Source: an uncultured delta proteobacterium
Lineage (GTDB): Bacteria > Myxococcota_A > UBA9160 > SMWR01
Direction of reading: 5' to 3'
Assembly (NCBI GenBank): GCA_963832165.1
Contig: CAWHTE010000007.1
Span: 288,001-352,000 of the forward strand
Length of the DNA: 64,000 nt
Position numbers and translations under genes: made by a program. Shown piece by piece: positions 58,458 to 64,000 of this stretch. The notes beneath the pieces are model-generated. The model did no database searches, was not told the DNA's origin, and saw only the letters and a program-made list of their open reading frames with translations. Position 1 is the first letter of the stretch; every line of letters begins with the position of its first letter.

Positions 58458-59632
58458 TGCGATCGCAAGCCCAGTGCGTGCTCCGCGATCAGCTTGCGGT
58501 GCAGCTCGCTCGTGCCCTCGCCGAACTCGAGCGCCTTCGCCTCGAGCAGCAGGCGCCCCACCTCGTACTCGGCCGTGACGCCGTATCCGCCGTGGATCTG
58601 GATCGCGTCGAGCGCGTTGTAGGTGGCCGCCTCGCTCGCCATGAGCTTCGCGAGCGACGCCTCCATGCTCGCACGCTCGATCCCGGCGTCCTTCATGCGG
58701 CCGAGCCGGTAGACCACGCCGCGCGCGCCCTCCGTGCGGCAGATCATGTCGGCGATCTTCTGCTGGATCATCTGGAACTCGCCGATCTTCTGCCCGAACG
58801 CCTCCCGCTCGCGCGCGTAGGCGACCGCGAGCTCGACGCAGCGCTGTGCCTGTCCGATGCAGCGCGCCGCCACCGAATAACGGCCCATGTCGAGCGCCGA
58901 GCCGAGCACGGGGAAGCCGCCGCCCGGCTCGCCGAGCAGATTCTCGTCGGGCACGAACACGTCCTTGAAGTGCACCTCGGCCACGTTGTCGCGCTTGAGC
59001 GTGCGCATCGGGAACGCGCCGATCGTGATCCCCTCGGAGACGCGCGGATCGACGAGCAGCGCCGTCACGCCCTTGTGTTTCTTCGCGAGGTCGACCGACG
59101 CCACGAGGAAGAACAGGCCCGCGTGCGCGGCGTGCGAGATGAACACCTTGGTGCCGTTGATGCGCCAGCCGCCCGGCACGCGCGTGGCAGTGGTCTTCAG
59201 GTTGCCGAGGTCGGTGCCGCCGCCGGGCTCGGTCAGACACGCAGAGCAGATGCACTCGCCCGCCGCGATCGCGGGCAGCCATTTCTCCTTCTGCGCCTCG
59301 GTGCCCCAGCGCAGGATCGAGCTCGCGAGGAGCGAGTTGGAGACCGACACCACCGATGCCACCACCCAGTCGGCGCGCGCGAGCTCCTCGCAGATGATTC
59401 CGTAGGTCACCACGTCGCTCTTCGAGCCGCCGTAGCGCTCCGGGATCATCGGGCCGAGCAGGCCCAGCGCGGGCAGCTTGGCGATCTGCTCGAGCGGGTA
59501 GCGCTCCTCGCGCTCGTACCGCTCGACGTGGGGCAGGAGCTCCTTTTCGGCGAATTCGCGGACGGTCGCGCGCACGAGCCGCTGCTCTTCGGTGAGATCG
59601 AAATCGGCGATCCGCTCGAGGGGATCCGACAC
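58454..59632 (-). CDS. Acyl-CoA dehydrogenase
   Basis: LTEP.GGTD, INGTK.FIS, R.AFGQ.I..FQ, QIHGGYG and EGTSE. Confidence 0.95.
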   Translation of the reverse strand: MSDPLERIADFDLTEEQRLVRATVREFAEKELLPHVERYEREERYPLEQIAKLPALGLLGPMIPERYGGSKSDVVTYGIICEELARADWVVASVVSVSNSLLASSILRWGTEAQKEKWLPAIAAGECICSACLTEPGGGTDLGNLKTTATRVPGGWRINGTKVFISHAAHAGLFFLVASVDLAKKHKGVTALLVDPRVSEGITIGAFPMRTLKRDNVAEVHFKDVFVPDENLLGEPGGGFPVLGSALDMGRYSVAARCIGQAQRCVELAVAYAREREAFGQKIGEFQMIQQKIADMICRTEGARGVVYRLGRMKDAGIERASMEASLAKLMASEAATYNALDAIQIHGGYGVTAEYEVGRLLLEAKALEFGEGTSELHRKLIAEHALGLRSQ

Positions 59633-59720
59633 GGCGGCCTCCAGGCGCCCGCCAGCATACGCGGTGCGCTTTGCGGGCCCAAGAGGCCTCACCTACCTTG
59701 CCGGGCCGCAAGCCGTCAGG

Positions 59721-59749
59721 CGCGCAGCGAGGCGAAGCCGAGCGGAGCC
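59721..59749 (+). repeat. Dispersed REP-like repeat, copy E (divergent)
   Basis: CGCGCAGCGA-GGCGAAGCC-GAGCGGAGCC, with a compensatory change in the hairpin stem. Confidence 0.6.
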
Positions 59750-59768
59750 CAAAAGGGGAGATCGACCC

Positions 59769-59897
59769 GTGAAGAAGGCGAAGCCGCTGCCGCACCGCAA
59801 CCGCAAGAAGAGCGCGCGCCATCGCGCCAAGCTCAAGGCGAAGTTCCGCCGCAAGCGGCTCTCGCGCAGCAAGGGCGAGCGGAGCACCTACCGCTAG
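59769..59897 (+). CDS. Small Lys/Arg-rich protein (42 aa)
   Basis: AAAAGGGGAG RBS and GTG start; MKKAKPLPHRNRKKSARHRAKLKAKFRRKRLSRSKGERSTYR. Codons mostly end in G/C. Confidence 0.65.
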   Translation: MKKAKPLPHRNRKKSARHRAKLKAKFRRKRLSRSKGERSTYR

Positions 59898-59953
59898 GAG
59901 ACGTCCGTGCCACCGCGAGTGGCGACGGCGTCCGCCTACCCTACGGTCCTCCC

Positions 59954-61120
59954 ATGAGCCCCGCCCCTTCGCAGCCGTTCCGCTTCGCGCTCGAAGGCAC
60001 GAGCGGCGACGCGCGCGCGGGCGCGTTCTCGACGCCGCACGGGCCGTTCTCGACGCCCGCATTCATGCCCGTCGGAACGCACGGCGCGGTGAAGGCGATG
60101 ACGCCCGATCAGGTCATCGCAACCGGCAGCGAGATCGTGCTCGCGAACACCTATCACCTCGCGCTGCGGCCCGGCGAGGAGCTCGTGGCGAAGCTCGGCG
60201 GACTGCACGCGTTCATGCGCTGGGATGGGCCGATCCTCACCGACAGCGGCGGCTTCCAGGTCTTCTCGCTGCCCAAAGCGGACATCAGCGACCGCGGCGT
60301 GCGCTTCCAGAGCGAGGTCGACGGCACACCGGTGGAGATCACGCCCGAGCGCTCGATCCAGATCCAGCACGCGCTCGGCTCCGACATCGCGATGGCGTTC
60401 GACGAGTGCACGCCGTACCCCGCCGACGAGAAGGACGCGCGCACGGGCGTGCGGCGCACGCTCGCGTGGCTCGAGCGCTGCGCGAAGGAGCACGCGGGCC
60501 GCCGCGATCAGGCGCTGTTCGGGATCGTACAGGGCAGCACCTATCAACATCTGCGCACGAGCTGTGCGCAGGCGGTCGTGGCGATGGACCTGCCCGGCGT
60601 CGCGATCGGCGGCGTGTCGGTGGGCGAGGGCCACGATCTGCTCGTGCAGGTGACGGGCTGGACGACGCCGCTCCTGCCCGAGGACAAGCCCCGCTATTTG
60701 ATGGGCGTGGGCCTGCCCGAGGACGTGCTCGCGGCGATCGGGCTCGGCATCGACATGTTCGACTGCGTGATCCCCACCCGCTATGCGCGCAGCGCCACGC
60801 TGTTCACGCGGCGCGGTCGCGTGCGCCTGACCAACCGCCGCTATCGCCGCGACGGCTACCCGATCGACCCGAGCTGCGACTGCGCGACCTGCGCCGCCGG
60901 CTTCACGCGCGCCTACCTGCACCACCTGTTCGCCGCGAACGAAATCCTCTCGGCGATCCTCGCCTCGGTACACAACGTGCGCTTCTACCAGCGCCTGGTC
61001 GCCGACGCGCGCACCGCGATCCTCGAGGGAGGCTTCGCAGAGTTCCGCGAGGCGTTCCTGGCCGACTACCGGTCGGGCGGACCCTCCAGCGAAGGCAGCG
61101 GCCCGGCAGCTCACCGGTAG
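59954..61120 (+). CDS. tgt: tRNA-guanine transglycosylase
   Basis: FMPVGT, LANTYHL, LTDSGGFQVFSL, FDEC, YLMGVG, DMFDCV.PTR and Zn motif CDCATC...H. Confidence 0.97.
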   Translation: MSPAPSQPFRFALEGTSGDARAGAFSTPHGPFSTPAFMPVGTHGAVKAMTPDQVIATGSEIVLANTYHLALRPGEELVAKLGGLHAFMRWDGPILTDSGGFQVFSLPKADISDRGVRFQSEVDGTPVEITPERSIQIQHALGSDIAMAFDECTPYPADEKDARTGVRRTLAWLERCAKEHAGRRDQALFGIVQGSTYQHLRTSCAQAVVAMDLPGVAIGGVSVGEGHDLLVQVTGWTTPLLPEDKPRYLMGVGLPEDVLAAIGLGIDMFDCVIPTRYARSATLFTRRGRVRLTNRRYRRDGYPIDPSCDCATCAAGFTRAYLHHLFAANEILSAILASVHNVRFYQRLVADARTAILEGGFAEFREAFLADYRSGGPSSEGSGPAAHR

Positions 61121-61132
61121 CTCGCGCGCAAT

Positions 61133-61148
61133 TGTGACTTCGATCACA
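61133..61148. promoter_or_regulatory. CRP-family binding site
   Basis: Exact TGTGA-N6-TCACA (TGTGACTTCGATCACA) in the intergenic region. Confidence 0.65.
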
Positions 61149-61214
61149 CGGGGCGTCCTCGGAGTGGTCGATTTCCCTAGCACTTCGGAGGGGCCCGAGG
61201 TTGGGAGCAGCCCC

Positions 61215-61580
61215 ATGACCACACGCATCGCCCGATTGCTCGCGATTCTGGTCTTGCTCACCACCGCAAGCGCGTTGCCGGCCTCCGCGAACGGGCTCGA
61301 CACGATGCTGTGGCGGCCCCCGGTGAGCGGCGCGCGAGCGTTCACGGGCGACTGGGCCGGATTGCGGCTCTGGGCCGAGGGCGCGGGGTTCTCAGTGGGC
61401 CGGCGCTCGGCGGGGTTCGGGCTGCAGGGTGGTGCCTCGCTCCCGCTCGCCGAGCGCATCGGCCTCACGGCGGGCTACCGCCTGATGGGCTTCTCGCTGG
61501 GCGACCGGCTCGACGCGCAGCTCGACGACGTCGACTCGCGCGCATTCGCGCCGATTCTCGGGATCGACATCGAGTTCTGA
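61215..61580 (+). CDS. Small secreted protein with outer-membrane beta-strand features
   Basis: Signal peptide (..PASA), amphipathic strands (LTAGYRL) and C-terminal LGIDIEF. GGGAG RBS. Confidence 0.6.
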   Translation: MTTRIARLLAILVLLTTASALPASANGLDTMLWRPPVSGARAFTGDWAGLRLWAEGAGFSVGRRSAGFGLQGGASLPLAERIGLTAGYRLMGFSLGDRLDAQLDDVDSRAFAPILGIDIEF

Positions 61581-61617
61581 GCAGGCCGGGTGATCACGCG
61601 CGGCTATCTTCGCGCGC

Positions 61618-62103
61618 GTGTCGAACCAGCTGCTCTCGCCCGAAGAAGTGCTCGCGCGCTACACCGCCGGACCGAAGAGCGGCGTGTTCACGGACGGATC
61701 GTGCGAGGGCAACCCGGGCCCGGGCGGCTGGGGCGTGGTGTGGGTAGAGGACGACCAGGTCCGCGCCGAGAAATCGGGCGTGGATCCCTCCACCACCAAC
61801 AACCGCATGGAGCTCGCGGCGCTGATCGCGGCCTATGAGCTCCTGCCCGCCGACGCCGAGGTCACCGTCTACTCCGACAGTCAGCTGTGCGTGAAGACCG
61901 TGAACGAGTGGGCCGCGGGCTGGGAAGCGCGCGGCTGGCGTCGCAAGACCGGCCCGATCGCGAACCTCGAACTGGTCAAACGCCTCTACGCGCTCGCCAA
62001 CGCGCATCCGAAGGTCACGCTGCGCTGGATCCGGGCGCACGACGGCTCGAAGTGGAACGAGTACGCCGATGCGCTCTCGAACGCGTTCATGCGCGGCGCA
62101 TAG
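61618..62103 (+). CDS. rnhA: Ribonuclease HI
   Basis: TDGSC.GNPGPGGWG, TTNNRMEL, SDSQ, W..H.G and NE.AD. Confidence 0.95.
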   Translation: MSNQLLSPEEVLARYTAGPKSGVFTDGSCEGNPGPGGWGVVWVEDDQVRAEKSGVDPSTTNNRMELAALIAAYELLPADAEVTVYSDSQLCVKTVNEWAAGWEARGWRRKTGPIANLELVKRLYALANAHPKVTLRWIRAHDGSKWNEYADALSNAFMRGA

Positions 62104-62162
62104 GCCGCCGAGGGGCACGATGACACGCCCCTTCTTGCTCGTTAGGCGACGGAAGGAGTGTC

Positions 62163-62609
62163 ATGAGTGACGGTGAGAACCCCTTCTGGGCCGCCGTGCG
62201 CGGCGAGGTTCCTGGCCCGCCCGCCGCGAAGCTGCTCGGGTTCAAGGTGCTCGAAGCGGTGCCGGGCAGCGGGCGCATCCGGGTCCAGTTCGAGGCCACC
62301 GACGAGTTCACGAACCCGATCGGCAACGTGCAGGGCGGCATCCTCGCCGCGATGCTCGACGACACGATGGGGCCGGCGCTCGCCACGACGTTCGGCGCGC
62401 ACGAGTTCGCACCGACGCTCGAGCTCAAGGTGAGCTTCGTCCGCCCGGGCAAGCCCGGGCCGATCTTCGGCACGGGCTGGGTCGTTCACCGCGGAGGCTC
62501 GGTGGCCTTCCTCCAAGGCGAGCTCCACGACGCGGCCGGCGAACTCCTCGCGACGGGCTCGGCGACGGCCCGTCTCGTCCGCGTGGAGCCGGGCGGCTTC
62601 AAGATCTGA
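62163..62609 (+). CDS. PaaI-family thioesterase
   Basis: NPIGNVQGG..AAMLDD and TLELKVSFVRP. AAGGAG RBS. Confidence 0.9.
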   Translation: MSDGENPFWAAVRGEVPGPPAAKLLGFKVLEAVPGSGRIRVQFEATDEFTNPIGNVQGGILAAMLDDTMGPALATTFGAHEFAPTLELKVSFVRPGKPGPIFGTGWVVHRGGSVAFLQGELHDAAGELLATGSATARLVRVEPGGFKI

Positions 62610-62625
62610 GAGGGCAGCACGCCGA

Positions 62626-63303
62626 ATGGCACTCGTTGCGCACGACGCGGACCTCTGGAGCACCGAGTACGAGATGGGCTGGCCGGCCGGGCTGGTTCCG
62701 ATTCCGGTGCGCATGACGGTGATCCGACTCGGCGACGGACAGCTCATCCTGCACTCGCCGGCGCCGATCACGCGCGAGCTTCGCGACGAGCTCGCTGCGC
62801 TGGGCCGGGTCGGCTTCATCGTCGTCCCCGAAGCCCACGGCATGTTCGCGGGTGCCGCGGCGCAGAGCTTCCCGGACGCGCAGCTCCTCGCGGCGCCTTC
62901 CGCTCCGCTGCGGCGCAAGTCGCTCTCGTTCCACGCTTCGCTTGCGCACGAACCGCCCGCGGCGTGGGGCGGCAGCGTCGACTGCCATCTCGTGCGCGGG
63001 TTCCGGCTCCACGAAGTGGTGCTGTTCCATCGCGCGTCGCGGACGCTCGTGATTACCGACCTGTGCTTCAACATCCACCGCTCACCCACCCGGCTCGGCC
63101 GCGCGATCTTCCGCGCGAACGGCATGTGGCGGCGATTCGGGCCGAGCCGGCTGATCCGCTACCTGACCATCTCCCATCGCGCGGCGTTCCGGGGCTCGCT
63201 CGAGCACATCCTGCGCTGGGATTTCGAACGCATCGTCCCGGGGCACGGCGACGTCGTCGAGAGGGGCGGGCCCTCCGCACTGCGTGCGGCGTGGCTCGGC
63301 TGA
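62626..63303 (+). CDS. DUF4336 family (metallo-beta-lactamase-like) protein
   Basis: RMTVIRL.DG.L.LHSP, EVV.FHR.SRTL.ITDL and WDFERI.P.HG. Confidence 0.85.
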   Translation: MALVAHDADLWSTEYEMGWPAGLVPIPVRMTVIRLGDGQLILHSPAPITRELRDELAALGRVGFIVVPEAHGMFAGAAAQSFPDAQLLAAPSAPLRRKSLSFHASLAHEPPAAWGGSVDCHLVRGFRLHEVVLFHRASRTLVITDLCFNIHRSPTRLGRAIFRANGMWRRFGPSRLIRYLTISHRAAFRGSLEHILRWDFERIVPGHGDVVERGGPSALRAAWLG

Positions 63304-63330
63304 CGACCGCGCGGCTATCGTCCCCTCGCA

Positions 63331-63834
63331 ATGGGAGGGGACTTGCTCGAGGCACCGAAAGAGCTCCGCGAATTCCTCGCTGCGTTTCCCGAGGATGTCT
63401 CGAAGCTCTTCCTCGCGACTCGACGCTTCGTTCTCGAGGCATCCCCGGGCGCGAGCGAGCTGATCTACGACGCCTACAACGCGGTCTCGGCGGCCTACAC
63501 GTACTCGGGTCAGCTCAAGGAGGCCTTCTGTCACGTCGCGGCCTACTCGAGCTACGTGAATCTCGGCTTCAATCGCGGGGCCGAGCTGTCCGATCCGAAG
63601 CGCATCCTCGCGGGCTCGGGCGCGCGCATCCGCCACGTCCGCATCGAAGCTCCCGCGGATCTGCGCGCGCCGGCGCTCGCGGCGCTGCTGCGCGCAGCCG
63701 TGGCGCAGGGCCGCGCCCTCGCTTCCGAGGCCGGCACACGCAAAGCTTCCTCCACGATCCGCCCCACCACGGGGGGCAAACGCCGGCCCCAGCGCACCTC
63801 GTCACGCAACCAGCGGAGGAGCTCCAATCGATGA
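63331..63834 (+). CDS. DUF1801 (YdhG-like) protein
   Basis: ELIYDAYNA, VNLGFNRGA.L.DP..L.G.G.RIRH. Confidence 0.82.
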   Translation: MGGDLLEAPKELREFLAAFPEDVSKLFLATRRFVLEASPGASELIYDAYNAVSAAYTYSGQLKEAFCHVAAYSSYVNLGFNRGAELSDPKRILAGSGARIRHVRIEAPADLRAPALAALLRAAVAQGRALASEAGTRKASSTIRPTTGGKRRPQRTSSRNQRRSSNR

Positions 63835-64000
63835 AGGCCCTGAAGATCGTCCTGATCGCCGTTCTGGTCTACGTGGGAATCGTCGCCGCGTTCGAGACGA
63901 TGATCGGAACGCTGCAGCCCACGCCGGCCGAGTCGACGCTCGTGATCACGACCTCCGATCCCGACGGGACCGCACACGACCGGGTCGTTTCCCGTCTGGA
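63831..64000 (+). CDS. Membrane-anchored protein, possibly pyridoxamine-oxidase/nitroreductase-like, 3'-truncated
   Basis: ATGA overlap with the previous gene; MKALKIVLIAVLVYVGIVAAFE..TLVITT.D.DG..HDRV. Runs off the window. Confidence 0.6.
   Translation, partial: MKALKIVLIAVLVYVGIVAAFETMIGTLQPTPAESTLVITTSDPDGTAHDRVVSRL

Noticed and set aside
58160..61120. 986-aa ORF suggesting a large N-terminal fusion to Tgt
   Set aside because: The N-terminal part is antisense to the acyl-CoA dehydrogenase and DUF420 genes. Tgt homology begins at 59954.

Overview
A 64-kb, very GC-rich bacterial chromosomal segment with about 59 densely packed CDSs. The gene set (GspA/GspB, sigma-54 regulator, AMIN-domain protein, LLM oxidoreductases, MMPL, acyl-CoA genes) suggests Myxococcota/delta-proteobacteria, but this is inference only. 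I found no rRNA, tRNA, CRISPR array, transposase or integrase. Left part: a truncated alkaline-phosphatase-superfamily gene and a small RHH-like gene, then a carbohydrate block (YddA/BacA-like ABC, GH94 1,2-beta-oligoglucan-phosphorylase-like enzyme, discoidin/(alpha/alpha)6 protein, xfp, pgm, USP), then a DUF106/EMC3-TMCO1-like membrane protein, a sulfotransferase and metB. The rest is mostly housekeeping, envelope and lipid genes: CHASE2 cyclase/DUF928, ogt, NtrC-type regulator, gshB, PBP1A, RimK-RCK_C, rhomboid, gspAB, type II PanK, tandem ArsA/Get3-like ATPases, two ABC exporter operons, mtgA, Coq4/TetR, MMPL, tgt and rnhA. The best leads read directly from the sequence are: (1) a SAM-II-type riboswitch pseudoknot with a long L3 loop, downstream of a clean sigma70 promoter and upstream of metB; (2) a dispersed ~40-bp repeat with a covarying GNA-triloop hairpin, always in the sense orientation, with one copy in frame at the start of a gene; (3) an archaeal-type Oxa1-superfamily (non-YidC) candidate insertase coupled to a sulfotransferase; (4) a putative cytoplasmic beta-1,2-glucan phosphorolysis pathway feeding phosphoketolase; (5) a two-repeat Arg-tailed small protein preceded by an array of CCGWCGG palindromes; (6) a cyclase with a guanylyl-like acidic specificity residue; and (7) widespread leaderless-type -10 boxes. 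Two apparent +1 frameshifts (DUF928, rhomboid) may be sequencing errors. All family calls come from motif recognition by eye; no database searches were run.
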